DNA from: a virus
Length of the DNA stretch: 39,729 nt
Virus genome (UHGV): UHGV-0230849
Direction: 5' to 3' (one strand)
Positions 22,776-32,890 of this stretch are shown here, one piece after another. The stretch's first letter is position 1, and each line of letters begins with the position of its first letter. The translations under genes were made by a program, and so were the position numbers. Under the pieces are notes generated by a model. The model was not told where the DNA came from and did not search any database. It worked only from the letters and a program-made list of their open reading frames with translations.

Positions 22776-23082
22776 CTTCTACTCCGGCTTTTTTAGCAGC
22801 GAAGCGTTTGATAAGCGAACCAATCGAGTCAGTACCGATGTAGCCGATGAACACGCTCGTTATATAAGCGAGATTGCTACTTAGTCCGGCGAAGTCGAGA
22901 AGGTCACGAATGAACCAGGCGATAATGGCGCACATCGTTGCGTCGATTACTGTTTTTGTAAACGCACCGCCATTATATCTGCCGCGAAGGTACGCCATTG
23001 CAAACGCAAGGATTGCCCCGATGCCTTGTTCCTTTGCCGCGAGAATGGCGGCTAACAGGTCATGTTTTTCTGGCATCTTCAT
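22759..23082 (-). CDS. S: Holin S (dual-start S107/S105)
   Basis: [62 protein letters not shown]... matches lambda S. Confidence 0.95.
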   Translation of the reverse strand: MKMPEKHDLLAAILAAKEQGIGAILAFAMAYLRGRYNGGAFTKTVIDATMCAIIAWFIRDLLDFAGLSSNLAYITSVFIGYIGTDSIGSLIKRFAAKKAGVEDGGNQ

Positions 23083-23530
23083 GTCTTACCCCCAATAAGG
23101 GGATTTGCTCTATTTAATTAGGAATAAGGTCGATTACTGATAGAACAAATCCAGGCTACTGTGTTTAGTAATCAGATTTGTTCGTGACCGATATGCACGG
23201 GCAAAACGGCATGAGGTTGTTAGCGCAACCTCATGCCACCCGCTTTCACGAAGGTCATGTGTAGAAGGCCGCAGCATAACTATCACTGATGAATTCAGGA
23301 TAGCCATTGGCTACGGCTCAGTTTGGGGTGTGGCGGCCGGAATCGAACCGGCGTCCATCGGTGCGCTGCCGATTGCAGTACGCGCGGCGGTCAGCTACAT
23401 GACTAGTATTTTCACTGTCTCCTATCTGCTAGCTCGCCATTGAGCTTCACCACAACGATAAGAGCACTGCGCGGCGCCTTTCACCAATTCCGCGAGGTCT
23501 GCGGGTTCAATGCTCTTACCTGTTGTGCAA

Positions 23531-23573
23531 ACAAAAAAAGCCACCGTTGCAACTTAAGAGTCACTAACGGCAG
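23531..23573 (-). terminator. tR'-like terminator downstream of the late promoter
   Basis: Minus strand CCGTT...AACGG stem region followed by seven U, about 50-90 nt after the Q stop. Confidence 0.5.
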
Positions 23574-23575
23574 CT

Positions 23576-23619
23576 TATGCGAATAGTGTTGCTCATTTGC
23601 TCAATGATGTCAACACGTT
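23576..23619 (-). promoter_or_regulatory. Candidate late promoter PR' / Q-utilisation region
   Basis: TTGACA (rc of 23608-23613) just after the Q stop; -10 element not convincing; placement by analogy to lambdoid late regions. Confidence 0.35.
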
Positions 23620-24111
23620 CTATGCTACATGTTTAATTTTCTCTACACGTTTCCGGTTTTTAAACGCACTATCCAGAACCGGGTAAATCATAAACAACGA
23701 GGCATTGAGGATTTCGTCAACTTCCCGGCGACAGGTTGCGAGCGATGGTTTTTGAATGCGCCCGCCGCCCCGGCATAACATCTTGCGAGGTCTTGCGACG
23801 CGATGATAGTAAGATGCAATGGCGTGCTTGGAAGATCCATGGGCGTAGTAGCTGAGGAGGATACCAAAGGCTTTCTTGTCAATGTACATGACGGAATCGA
23901 CGACCTGAGAAATCAACATTCCATCATCATCATTACACATTGGCCTTGCCATAACTCTTCCCGGCTCTACGCTCTCCATGAACTTCGCTATTACGCTGCT
24001 CATGCGCTTTTCCAGACGACCTGAATAAACCCATGCTCCCCACAGTTCAAGCCAGCCATTCAGCCAATCGTGCTGTTCTTTGGTGAGGTTTAGTTCTCTT
24101 ATGCTCATCAT
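23620..24111 (-). CDS. Q: Late antiterminator Q (Q82/quuD-type family)
   Basis: LELWGAWVYSG and RPMCNDDDGMLI motifs resemble DLP12 QuuD-type Q; sits directly upstream of the late promoter and S. Confidence 0.75.
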   Translation of the reverse strand: MMSIRELNLTKEQHDWLNGWLELWGAWVYSGRLEKRMSSVIAKFMESVEPGRVMARPMCNDDDGMLISQVVDSVMYIDKKAFGILLSYYAHGSSKHAIASYYHRVARPRKMLCRGGGRIQKPSLATCRREVDEILNASLFMIYPVLDSAFKNRKRVEKIKHVA

Positions 24112-24289
24112 CTCCCTCTCTTGCCCTGTTTGACCATCAGGACGCCGTTAACTATTACGTGACGTTCGCCTTTGCTGTCTCGGTTGTACTTGAGCACCGT
24201 TCCTCTTGCGCAGGAAAGCGTCCTCGCCACTTCGGTCTAATTGCCTCGTGTCTGGATAAGAAGCTCTGGTATCGTTTGAATTGTGGCGT

Positions 24290-24652
24290 TCATACGTTCT
24301 CCAGTTCGGTGATTTTTATTCCAAGCCGTCCGCCTGGTACTTTCACACCACGAATTACGCGAATGTCATCGAATTGCTCGTCGTCTTCCGCAAATCCGGC
24401 GTGGATAAGGGAGTCGAGTAAACCTTTCAGGATGTTATCGAGGTCGCGGCGGCGGGAGTCTGGAACGTCTGCGATGACTTTGATGCGGAGTCGTGATTTG
24501 GTGAAAATGTCTAACTTGAGTTGGCGGATGATTTTCTGAACGTCTTTTCGGTATTTCTGGCCTTTATCGCTTATGTAATATTGGCTTCCCCGTCTTCGCC
24601 AGTAGGTATTCACCGACGGCGGGTATGGAAGCACAAACTGATATTCGTTCAT
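24290..24652 (-). CDS. rusA: Holliday-junction resolvase RusA
   Basis: PYPPSVNTYW...DSRRRDLDNILKGLLDSL...GGRLGIKITE matches RusA family; 120 aa. Confidence 0.9.
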   Translation of the reverse strand: MNEYQFVLPYPPSVNTYWRRRGSQYYISDKGQKYRKDVQKIIRQLKLDIFTKSRLRIKVIADVPDSRRRDLDNILKGLLDSLIHAGFAEDDEQFDDIRVIRGVKVPGGRLGIKITELENV

Positions 24653-24939
24653 GACTTAATCTTCCCCTCCTTCAGCAGTATCGCCTGCGTCCTGATCACG
24701 CCTTCGAGGTGGTAAAGTCTGGCGTCTTTGTTGTCGAGGTTATGGGTGCGTCGGTCGATTTCATCGTGACACGCACTACAAGCCCATGCGCCGATCAGGT
24801 CGTCAGGTTTCATTCCCGCTCCGCAAATTCCAGCCATCCGGTAATGTGCCAGAACTGTAGTTTCAGGATTACCATTGCATACGCCGTAAATACGTACCTG
24901 GCATTCTCTGCCGCGTGCTTCTTTGCGTAGGTTAGCCAT
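24649..24939 (-). CDS. ybcO: YbcO-like nin-region protein (DUF1364)
   Basis: MANLRKEARGRECQVRIYGVCNGNPETTVLAHYR...CSACHDEIDRRTH resembles DLP12 YbcO; 96 aa. Confidence 0.8.
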   Translation of the reverse strand: MANLRKEARGRECQVRIYGVCNGNPETTVLAHYRMAGICGAGMKPDDLIGAWACSACHDEIDRRTHNLDNKDARLYHLEGVIRTQAILLKEGKIKS

Positions 24940-25144
24940 TTACCTTCCCTCGCAATTGAAGAATTGACTGAAGGTCTTTTTTAATAAATATGCGAGTGCG
25001 AATTGAGCAGTAGTTTTCCTTCATTCTGGCGTAGTAATAGTCCTTTCGTTGCTTAAGCTTGTTGGCATCCGCTGTCATCCAGTCTTTTACAGCAAACTTA
25101 ATTAACCAGCGGTGGCAGAGATACCATTTCATGTAATCACTCAT
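24932..25144 (-). CDS. Hypothetical nin-region protein (70 aa)
   Basis: ATG overlaps the end of ninF; operon orientation. Confidence 0.5.
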   Translation of the reverse strand: MSDYMKWYLCHRWLIKFAVKDWMTADANKLKQRKDYYYARMKENYCSIRTRIFIKKDLQSILQLRGKVNG

Positions 25145-25313
25145 CGTCTTCTTCCTCGTACATTGAGCTATTCGGATCGCTCATCAGTTCTGCGCAGCAG
25201 TGCTCACACACGTGAACTTCCAGCACATGCAGCTTCTGACCGCAGTTAGCGCACGTTAAAGCTCGCTCGACGCTTTCTTTCTGGTATTGAAGGGATTGGG
25301 ATGGGCTAAGCAT
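25137..25313 (-). CDS. ninF: NinF (58 aa; not in the ORF track because under 60 aa)
   Basis: Hand translation gives [58 protein letters not shown], matching lambda NinF. Confidence 0.85.
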   Translation of the reverse strand: MLSPSQSLQYQKESVERALTCANCGQKLHVLEVHVCEHCCAELMSDPNSSMYEEEDDE

Positions 25314-25678
25314 TATTGGATTCTCTGCATCATGAGAAAGACAATCATGGCGGCGCGGAGGGGATTTTCATGTATAGCTCGCTTAGATTTACAGTAGGCC
25401 ACACCGCGTGCACCCCACTCGTCTTCATCGAGATTGATAATGCTAATCCTGTATTTTTCAATAATCGGCCATGCGTCTGCTGGGTTTGCGCATGGGTTAA
25501 AGGATCCGCGCTCAACTTCTACTTCAACTGCGTCTCCGTTTACAATGTCTCCCTCAAATGAGACAAACACCATATCGCCATTCTCACCTTCTTTGTAATC
25601 CGGTGATCCGTTATGAATGGCTTCGAATACCGCCACGTTAATTTCAAAATCACTTAACTGTGAATAATCCATTGTCAT
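25313..25678 (-). CDS. Hypothetical nin-region protein (121 aa)
   Basis: Operon-oriented ORF between ninE and ninF; family uncertain. Confidence 0.55.
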   Translation of the reverse strand: MTMDYSQLSDFEINVAVFEAIHNGSPDYKEGENGDMVFVSFEGDIVNGDAVEVEVERGSFNPCANPADAWPIIEKYRISIINLDEDEWGARGVAYCKSKRAIHENPLRAAMIVFLMMQRIQ

Positions 25679-25851
25679 TTCCTCGCACGTTCTCTAAGCC
25701 ACCGGATATCCCACAGGTGAGCCGTATAATTGAAGGTTTTTACGTCAGATTCTTTTGGGATTTGCTTGCGTTTATTTCTGGAGCGTTTCGTTGGAAGGTA
25801 TTTGCAGTTTTCGCAGGTTATGTCGGTGATGCTTCGTCGCTGTCGTCTCAT
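25675..25851 (-). CDS. ninE: NinE (start at [10 protein letters not shown])
   Basis: [58 protein letters not shown] matches lambda NinE. Confidence 0.85.
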   Translation of the reverse strand: MRRQRRSITDITCENCKYLPTKRSRNKRKQIPKESDVKTFNYTAHLWDIRWLRERARK

Positions 25852-26288
25852 GCCGCCCTGTCTCCCCATCTTGCTTTCCACTCCAGAGCCAGTCGAGCTT
25901 CGTCTGACCACTTAACGCCACGCTCTGTACCGAATGCCTGTATAAGCTCTAATAGCTCCGCAAATTCGCTTACACGCATCCTGCTGGTTGACTGGCCTAT
26001 TACCACAAAGCCATTCCCGGCAAGGTTAGGAACAACGTCCTGCTGCTTTAATGCTGCTGTAAAAACGCACTTCCAGCTTTCTGCATCCAGCCAGCGACCA
26101 TGCCATTCAACCTGACGAGAGACGTCACCTAAGCAGGCCCATAGCTTCCTGTTTTGGTCTAAGCTGCGGTTGCGTTCCTGAATGGTTACTACGATTGGTT
26201 TGGTTGGGTCTGGAAGGATTTGCTGTACTGCGTGAATAGCGTTTTGCTGATGTGCTGGAGATCGAATTTCAAAGGTTAGTTTTTTCAT
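25848..26288 (-). CDS. ninB: NinB (Orf-family recombination mediator)
   Basis: 146 aa, matches lambda NinB. Confidence 0.9.
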   Translation of the reverse strand: MKKLTFEIRSPAHQQNAIHAVQQILPDPTKPIVVTIQERNRSLDQNRKLWACLGDVSRQVEWHGRWLDAESWKCVFTAALKQQDVVPNLAGNGFVVIGQSTSRMRVSEFAELLELIQAFGTERGVKWSDEARLALEWKARWGDRAA

Positions 26289-26481
26289 GACTTCCCTCTC
26301 TAACAGATTTCAGGTTATTCCACTCCGTTACCGCACTGCGATAATTCGCGGCCGCCACAGCAGCGTGGTTAGCGCAGTAGATTTGGCACCCGTTCTCCAT
26401 GTCGAATATTGTCGGTGATTTTCCGCATTTACATTTTTTGGCACGCGGTGCGTCTGAACACATTCCGTTAACGGTGTTCAT
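26269..26481 (-). CDS. Hypothetical Cys-rich (zinc-ribbon-like) protein (70 aa)
   Basis: CKCG...C..YCANH pattern; RBS-like GAGGGGGA upstream. Confidence 0.5.
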   Translation of the reverse strand: MNTVNGMCSDAPRAKKCKCGKSPTIFDMENGCQIYCANHAAVAAANYRSAVTEWNNLKSVREGSHEKTNL

Positions 26482-26562
26482 CAGGATCCCCCTCGCTCTT
26501 AATCCAATAAAAAAGGGCTACTGTGTAAATAGCCCCTGTTATTAGCTCAGTGATGTAGATGG

Positions 26563-27939
26563 TCATACGTCAGCCCCTTGTGCATATCGTCTGCCACGTG
26601 CAGCGGGTGCATTTGATGTTGTGCAAATCTGTCTGGCTTCATCCTGGTCACATGCAACAAAGTGTCCGTTGCAGAACCTCTGGTAAACCGTACCAAGCGA
26701 GCCAAAACGGTTTTTCGTCACAATGATTTCAGCAAATGGCGCGGCGCTACTGTTCTCGTCATATACCGCTTCCCGATAGAGCATGATGATTGAGTCTGCG
26801 TCCTGTTCAATGCTTCCTGAATCACGCAAATCTGCGTTTGTCGGGCGTTTGTTTGGTCGCTTCTCAACATCGCGTGAAAGCTGACTTAGGGAGATAACAG
26901 GCGTTTTCAGGTCTTTCGCCATCGCCTTCAGGCTTCCTGAGATGTGAGCAATTGCGAGGTCGTTGCGGTCTGCTTTCGGCTTCTCAATCAGGCCAAGATA
27001 ATCTGCCATGATGAGTGACAGGTTTGGATTTTCCTGTTTGTGCCGTTCTGCGATTGAGCGAATTTCTTCGACCGATAACCGCGAGGCATCGACTACCCAT
27101 ACATCCAAATCTGCAAGCTGACTCATGCCTTTAGCAACACGTGCCCAGCCCTCGTCATCCATCGATGCAGGATTTCGCAGTACGCTAACCGACATCCTCC
27201 CGGCGTTGGCGATGCTTCGCTCTGCAATCTGCAATGCGCTCATTTCCATCGAGAAAATCAACACTCCGCGCCGAACGTCAGAACCAGGGATAACGCGGCT
27301 TGCAACGCCTTCGGCAATCTTCAGCGCCAGCTCGGTTTTCCCCATACCAGGACGAGCGGCGATAATCACCAGGTCTTCCGCGTTCATCCCTCCGGTGATG
27401 ACATCAAGTTCTTCGATTCCGGTCTTCAGGGTATCTGACTCTTCTCCGTTCCTCAGACGCCTGTCAAGCGTGTCAGTGTAGTCAGTGATGATTTCCCCTA
27501 ACCGTACAGGTTTAACCTCGTCACGGGGCTTTCTGATGGCTGAAAGACGCTTTACAAGCTCGTCCATCGCCTGACTCGATGTATCGATGGTTCCGCTCTG
27601 AATTGGTTCACGCATTTCATCCATGATTTCCAGCACCAGACGGCGGTGATAGTTATCCGCGACCATTCCGGCATATCCCTTCAGGTTTGCGGCGCTCGGG
27701 CAGTTTTTGCTGGTCATCAGGATTGACGTGAAATGCTCCTCTCCGCACGCCTCGGCAACCATCAGCGCGTCGATTAGGTTTCTGTTTCGCGCCTGCTTGC
27801 GGATAACCTCGAAGGCTTTCCGGTAGAGCGGAATTGAAAACGCTTCCGGCTCCAGTGTTGCCAGAACGTCGCTGGCGGTTGGAGTTAATCCACCAATCAG
27901 CAGGCCACCGATAACACTCGCTTCGATATCCTGTCTCAT
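26563..27939 (-). CDS. Replicative DNA helicase, DnaB family (P22 gp12-like)
   Basis: 458 aa with Walker A (GMGKT) and DnaB C-terminal motifs. Confidence 0.9.
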   Translation of the reverse strand: MRQDIEASVIGGLLIGGLTPTASDVLATLEPEAFSIPLYRKAFEVIRKQARNRNLIDALMVAEACGEEHFTSILMTSKNCPSAANLKGYAGMVADNYHRRLVLEIMDEMREPIQSGTIDTSSQAMDELVKRLSAIRKPRDEVKPVRLGEIITDYTDTLDRRLRNGEESDTLKTGIEELDVITGGMNAEDLVIIAARPGMGKTELALKIAEGVASRVIPGSDVRRGVLIFSMEMSALQIAERSIANAGRMSVSVLRNPASMDDEGWARVAKGMSQLADLDVWVVDASRLSVEEIRSIAERHKQENPNLSLIMADYLGLIEKPKADRNDLAIAHISGSLKAMAKDLKTPVISLSQLSRDVEKRPNKRPTNADLRDSGSIEQDADSIIMLYREAVYDENSSAAPFAEIIVTKNRFGSLGTVYQRFCNGHFVACDQDEARQICTTSNAPAARGRRYAQGADV

Positions 27940-28883
27940 GCAATCCCCCTGTCTGCAAACTTCCCTTCCCGCACTCCCGTTAACGAGTCTTCTCTCAGCA
28001 GGTAATCAAAATCAGCCGTCCAGCCCGTGTCGTTGTCTCCGAAGTAAAACGGCTTGGCCTGATGCACAAACGCCCTGACATACGCTCTGAAACCGTCCAC
28101 GTTTGGCGTTTTCAGTTGCGGAATGATTTTCTTCAGGCGACGCTTGCGTTTCTCGTTGACCGCAACAGCGTGTGGAAGTCTGTCACCGACTTCGGTGTTG
28201 TAGGCGTTCAGGAAGGATTCGTAGTCGATGCGTTCTGCCTTGCGACGTTCGGGTTTAACCTGCCCATCGCCTCCCCCATTGGGGGGTAGGGGGGTATTAT
28301 TTATATTCTTGTTAATACCTTCTTGTTCATGATGTGCGGTTGTTTGTGCGGCTTCATGTGCGCTTTCATGTGCGGCATGTACTCTGAAAGCCGCGCCATT
28401 ACTGGCTTCGTCATGTGCGGCATCATGTGCGGTTGTTTGTGCGGCTTCATGTGCGGGTGAATCGTCCATTTTTTGAGCATATTCATGGTAATTTGTGATG
28501 GTAATCACACGACCTTTTTGCTTCTCTCCATCAATGGTGATCATCCCCTCTTTCACAAAAACCTGAAGCATCCGCTCAACCTGATCGCGGCTTGCTGGCT
28601 TGCCATGCCTGTCGCATAACTGAAGACCTAAATCAGCTGCTGTCACAACCAGTTGACCGGGTTGCAGATGCCATTCATGACCTTTGAAATTCGCTTTGTA
28701 TGGCTTTCTGGCGGCATTCAGGAGAAGGTTTTCCCACAGGGTGCGAAGATAAACATCTTTCGCCCATGACTGTTTCAGAATGCTCCGGTACAACGGAATG
28801 TAACCAGTTTTCTGGTTCTCCATCCTGTTGCTCCTGCGCTCGTGTGCGGCGCTGAAATCGTAGATTTTTGCTGTATTGCTCAT
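27936..28883 (-). CDS. Replication initiation protein (O / P22 gp18-like), contains ori iterons
   Basis: 315 aa immediately upstream of the helicase; internal repeated peptide arising from DNA iterons. Confidence 0.8.
   Translation of the reverse strand: MSNTAKIYDFSAAHERRSNRMENQKTGYIPLYRSILKQSWAKDVYLRTLWENLLLNAARKPYKANFKGHEWHLQPGQLVVTAADLGLQLCDRHGKPASRDQVERMLQVFVKEGMITIDGEKQKGRVITITNYHEYAQKMDDSPAHEAAQTTAHDAAHDEASNGAAFRVHAAHESAHEAAQTTAHHEQEGINKNINNTPLPPNGGGDGQVKPERRKAERIDYESFLNAYNTEVGDRLPHAVAVNEKRKRRLKKIIPQLKTPNVDGFRAYVRAFVHQAKPFYFGDNDTGWTADFDYLLREDSLTGVREGKFADRGIA
28270..28470. repeat. ori: Origin-like iteron array with adjacent AT-rich segment, inside the initiator gene
   Basis: Multiple copies of (t/c)atgtgcgg and a duplicated ~33-bp block (28331-28363 and 28424-28457), plus AT-rich 28295-28330 and G/C palindrome cccccattgggggg. 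Confidence 0.7.
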
Positions 28884-28885
28884 AA

Positions 28886-29158
28886 CTACCTGCCTTGACG
28901 AAAGACCTTAAGAACATCGTTAAACTGACTTACGGATATGTCTTCTTTGAGCAGCTTTTCCAGAAATGCGTTTGGAATGAACGTATATCCCTCCTCTTTT
29001 GGTAGAGACGGGAGCAACGCCCTCGCCTCAGCCTTCAGAAGCTCAGTTCTGGCAACTTTCACAAAAGAGATTTGAGTTCTTTCATCAATGGAACGAAGGA
29101 AGCGCAAACGCTTAACTTCTTTGTGTGTATCAGGTGGATTAAAGCCTTTGTTTCGCAT
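28886..29158 (-). CDS. Hypothetical protein (90 aa) inserted between cII and the initiator gene
   Basis: ATG at 29158 with GAGG 8 nt upstream; stop abuts the initiator start. Longer 193-aa ORF-track version rejected. Confidence 0.55.
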   Translation of the reverse strand: MRNKGFNPPDTHKEVKRLRFLRSIDERTQISFVKVARTELLKAEARALLPSLPKEEGYTFIPNAFLEKLLKEDISVSQFNDVLKVFRQGR

Positions 29159-29180
29159 ATAATTACCTCGTTGGATGTTG

Positions 29181-29474
29181 TTAAAATTCCATTTGTATTT
29201 GATCAGAACGCTCGGTTGCCGCCGGGCGTTTTTTATTGGTGAGAATCGAAGCAACTTGTCGTGCCAATCGAGCCATGTCGTCGTCAACGACGCCCCATTC
29301 AAGAACAGCAAGCAGCATTGAGAACTTTGGAATCCAGTCCCTCTTCCACCTGCTGATCTGCGACTTATCAACTCCCACAGCTTCCGCTGTCTTCTCAGTT
29401 CCAAGCATTGCGATTTTGTTAAGCAACGCACTCTCGATTCGTAGAGCCTCGTTGCGTTTGTTTGCACGAACCAT
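29181..29474 (-). CDS. cII: Transcriptional activator CII (start at MVRANKRNEALRIES)
   Basis: Near-identical to lambda CII (97 aa). Confidence 0.95.
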   Translation of the reverse strand: MVRANKRNEALRIESALLNKIAMLGTEKTAEAVGVDKSQISRWKRDWIPKFSMLLAVLEWGVVDDDMARLARQVASILTNKKRPAATERSDQIQMEF

Positions 29475-29543
29475 ATGTAAGTATTTCCTTAGATAACAAT
29501 TGATTGAATGTATGCAAATAAATGCATACACCATAGGTGTGGT

Positions 29544-29575
29544 TTAATTTGATGCCCTTTTTCAGGGCTGGGATG
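29544..29575 (-). promoter_or_regulatory. nutR: nutR (boxA CGCTCTTAC and boxB GCCCTGAAAAAGGGC)
   Basis: Reverse complement of 29567-29575 is CGCTCTTAC; rc of 29544-29558 is the boxB hairpin. Confidence 0.85.
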
Positions 29576-29592
29576 TGTAAGAGCGGGGTTAT

Positions 29593-29802
<210 letters not shown>

Positions 29803-29808
29803 TTAGTA

Positions 29809-29879
29809 CATGCAACTATTATCACCGCTAGAGGTAAAATAGTCAACACGCACGGTGTTAGATATTTATCCCTTGCGGT
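29809..29879. promoter_or_regulatory. OR: Right operator OR1-OR2-OR3 with divergent PR and PRM
   Basis: OR1 tatcaccgctagaggta (29811-29827), OR2 caacacgcacggtgtta (29835-29851), OR3 tatcccttgcggtgata (29858-29874); PR -10 GATAAT and -35 TTGACT on minus strand. Confidence 0.9.
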
Positions 29880-29890
29880 GATAGATTTAA

Positions 29891-30607
<717 letters not shown>

Positions 30608-30693
30608 GTCCGCAGCAAGAGACTTTATACGCATCTAGATGTAGGAAATAAAAAAGCAGATCCCTACAATAAAAATAAGGAAATCATTAAGAT

Positions 30694-31599
30694 ATGTCGA
30701 TTAACAGCAATAGCGAATCCCTGCATCAAATGCAGCTTTTCCCTGTAGTAGAGGTTGTTTCTGATGATATTCCTATGGGCGTTCTCAATGATGGAACTCC
30801 TTACCTAACTCTCTACGGTCTCGCAAAGTTATGCGGCATTGATGACACGCCACTGAGGGTGTTCACATCAAACTGGAACACAGAGAAAAACAAACCCAGA
30901 GGTCAAAAAGTAGCTGCGTATTTAGCTGAGAAAGGGTTTCATAACGTCGAAAAGCTATACACTCGCGTTTTAAATAGCTCAAACGTGGAAACTCATGCTT
31001 ATCCTGACTATGTTTGCATGGCTATCCTCCGTTACTACGCTCTAGATGCCACCAATTTTGATAGGTCAGTCGCAATAGGTAATTTTGTTCGCTTGGCTGA
31101 GTACACGCTTAAGCGAATGATTTATGAAAAGTCAAATTACAACCCAAATGCTTCAATAGATATCTCATTCGAGAACTATAGAGCAAGGATTAAGCTAAAC
31201 GATCAGATACCGACAACTCATTTTGCAGTATTCAGAGAGATAGCTGACATTGCCATGAATCTGATCGGAGGAGGATTCCCAATGGATGACACCACATCTT
31301 TGGATGGAAGTGTTGGAATTCACTGGGGAAAGTATTGGACAGCTAATGGGCTATCTGAGAAATTCGGGGAAAGGGTGCAGTACCCACATCTATTCCCCGA
31401 AAATTACAGGCAGTCAGCTGCAAATAAGCATATAACAGCTTGGATTTATCCTATTGAGGCACTTGGCGTGTTCAGAAAATGGCTACACGATAATTACGCA
31501 ATGGAAAAACTGCCAAATTACCTTGGGAACAAAAAGATTAGTAACGCCTCTGAGCTATTAGAGTCGATAAAAAAACCAGCACTCCCAAATAAGCATTGA
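30694..31599 (+). CDS. 301-aa protein at the rexAB position; candidate BstA-like abortive-infection protein with KilA-N/Bro-N-like N-terminus
   Basis: Same strand as cI, RBS AAGGAAAT, followed by a terminator; not RexA/RexB-like; N-terminal ...VVEVVSDDIPMGVLNDGTPYLTLYGLAKLCGIDDTPL... Confidence 0.5.
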   Translation: MSINSNSESLHQMQLFPVVEVVSDDIPMGVLNDGTPYLTLYGLAKLCGIDDTPLRVFTSNWNTEKNKPRGQKVAAYLAEKGFHNVEKLYTRVLNSSNVETHAYPDYVCMAILRYYALDATNFDRSVAIGNFVRLAEYTLKRMIYEKSNYNPNASIDISFENYRARIKLNDQIPTTHFAVFREIADIAMNLIGGGFPMDDTTSLDGSVGIHWGKYWTANGLSEKFGERVQYPHLFPENYRQSAANKHITAWIYPIEALGVFRKWLHDNYAMEKLPNYLGNKKISNASELLESIKKPALPNKH

Positions 31600-31612
31600 T
31601 CTCCACCACAGC

Positions 31613-31638
31613 CCGGCATCTGCGCCGGGTTTTCTTTG
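31613..31638 (+). terminator. Rho-independent terminator ending the cI operon
   Basis: cccggc-atctgc-gccggg followed by ttttctttg. Confidence 0.75.
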
Positions 31639-31786
31639 CCTAACGCCCCAAAAAACACATAACCAATTGTATTTATTTTAAAATTAATAGATACAACTCG
31701 CTAAACATCGCAATTCAGATCTCTCGATCACCTTCCCAATCCACACAACCCTGCAAAAAATAAATCTATATAAAAAACATACAGAT

Positions 31787-31857
31787 AACCATCTGCGGTG
31801 ATAAATTATCTCTGGCGGTGTTGACATGAATACCACTGGCGGTGATACTAAGCACAT
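31787..31857 (+). promoter_or_regulatory. OL: Left operator OL3-OL2-OL1 with promoter PL
   Basis: aaccatctgcggtgata, tatctctggcggtgttg, taccactggcggtgata; -35 TTGACA (31821-31826), -10 GATACT (31844-31849). Confidence 0.9.
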
Positions 31858-31888
31858 CAGCAGGACGCACTGACCACCATGAAGGTGA

Positions 31889-31919
31889 TGCTCTTAAAAA
31901 TTAAGCCCTGAAGAAGGGC
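31889..31919 (+). promoter_or_regulatory. nutL: nutL (boxA-like GCTCTTAA and boxB GCCCTGAAGAAGGGC)
   Basis: boxB hairpin at 31905-31919 preceded by a boxA-like element. Confidence 0.85.
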
Positions 31920-32077
31920 AGCATTCAAAGCAGAAGGCTTTGGGGTGTGTGATACGAAACGAAGCATTGGCCGGAAGTGCGAATCCGGATTAGCTGCCAA
32001 TGCGCCAATCGCGGGGTGTTTTCGTTCAGGACTACGACTCCCACACACCACCAAAGCTAACTGACAGGAGAATCCAG

Positions 32078-32404
32078 ATGGATGCACAAACACGCCGCCG
32101 CGAACGTCGCGCAGAGAAACAGGCTCAATGGAAAGCAGCAAATCCCCTGTTGGTTGGGGTAAGCGCAAAACCAGTTAACCGCCCTATTCTCTCGCTGAAT
32201 CGCAAACCGAAATCACGAGTAGAAAGCGCACTGAATCCGATAGACCTTACGGTGCTGGCTGAATACCACGAACAGATTGAAAGCAACCTGCAACGTATTG
32301 AGCGCAAGAATCAGCGCACATGGTACAGCAAGCCACGCAGTGAAATGGGTGTGACTTGTGTTGGTCGCCAGAAAATGAAATTAGGCAGCAAACCACTTAT
32401 TTGA
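32078..32404 (+). CDS. N: Antiterminator N (lambda-like N-terminus, divergent C-terminal ~25 aa)
   Basis: MDAQTRRRERRAEKQAQWKAANPLLVGVSAKPVNRPILSLNRKPKSRVESALNPIDLTVLAEYH... matches lambda N; C-terminus differs. Confidence 0.9.
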   Translation: MDAQTRRRERRAEKQAQWKAANPLLVGVSAKPVNRPILSLNRKPKSRVESALNPIDLTVLAEYHEQIESNLQRIERKNQRTWYSKPRSEMGVTCVGRQKMKLGSKPLI

Positions 32405-32412
32405 GGTGATAT

Positions 32413-32664
32413 ATGGAATTTCATGAAAGTGCGATTTGTGATTTTCGCGCTAACGCAAATTCAGTAAAACCACAGCCAATTGCAGTTCTTTTTAAAACAA
32501 TGGGTGCGTGGGCTGTTTTATGCTTCGCCGCTGATGACACTGACGCAAGAATGGCAATAGGCCAAGAGATGGAGATGGACCCGACAAACGATGAATTCAT
32601 AATTTATGGCGCTCCATCTAATTACTTACTTGATACCTGCAACATTTACAACAAGGCTGCCTGA
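32413..32664 (+). CDS. Hypothetical protein (83 aa) immediately downstream of N
   Basis: GAGGTGA RBS; at the ral/sieB position of lambda but not similar to Ral. Confidence 0.5.
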   Translation: MEFHESAICDFRANANSVKPQPIAVLFKTMGAWAVLCFAADDTDARMAIGQEMEMDPTNDEFIIYGAPSNYLLDTCNIYNKAA

Positions 32665-32800
32665 TGGTGGCCTTTATTTTTGGCATAAATAACAGAATAA
32701 ACACTGCACTGTGTATTCATTCCAACGAGTGAATACACGGAGCAATGTCGCTCTTAACTAAACAGGAGCCGACTTGTTCTGATTATTGGAAATCTTCTTT

Positions 32801-32826
32801 GCCCTCCAGTGTGAGGGCTTTTTTAT
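32801..32826 (+). terminator. Rho-independent terminator (tL1-like)
   Basis: gccctc-cagtgt-gagggc followed by tttttt. Confidence 0.8.
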
Positions 32827-32890
32827 ATGCATACCAATAACGCTTCACTCGAGGCGTTTTCGTTATGCAATCAAACAGAAGGAGCATCCT

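Noticed and set aside
23331-23360. tRNA-like T-arm/acceptor motif (GGTTCGATTCC) on the minus strand between Q and S
   Set aside because: No complementary 5' acceptor strand, D-arm or anticodon arm can be built and no CCA follows; treated as a fragment or chance match, not an intact tRNA gene.
24159-24539. 126-aa plus-strand ORF across the rusA-Q interval
   Set aside because: Antisense to rusA, Ser/Arg-rich low-complexity translation, no RBS; the 178-nt rusA-Q gap has no convincing ORF on either strand.
28886-29467. 193-aa ORF in the ORF track spanning the cII region
   Set aside because: Its N-terminal 103 aa overlap cII in another frame with no RBS; only the C-terminal 90-aa part (start 29158) is a plausible gene.
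31857-32168. 103-aa minus-strand ORF over the PL leader and N start
   Set aside because: Overlaps nutL and the N gene on the opposite strand; no support.
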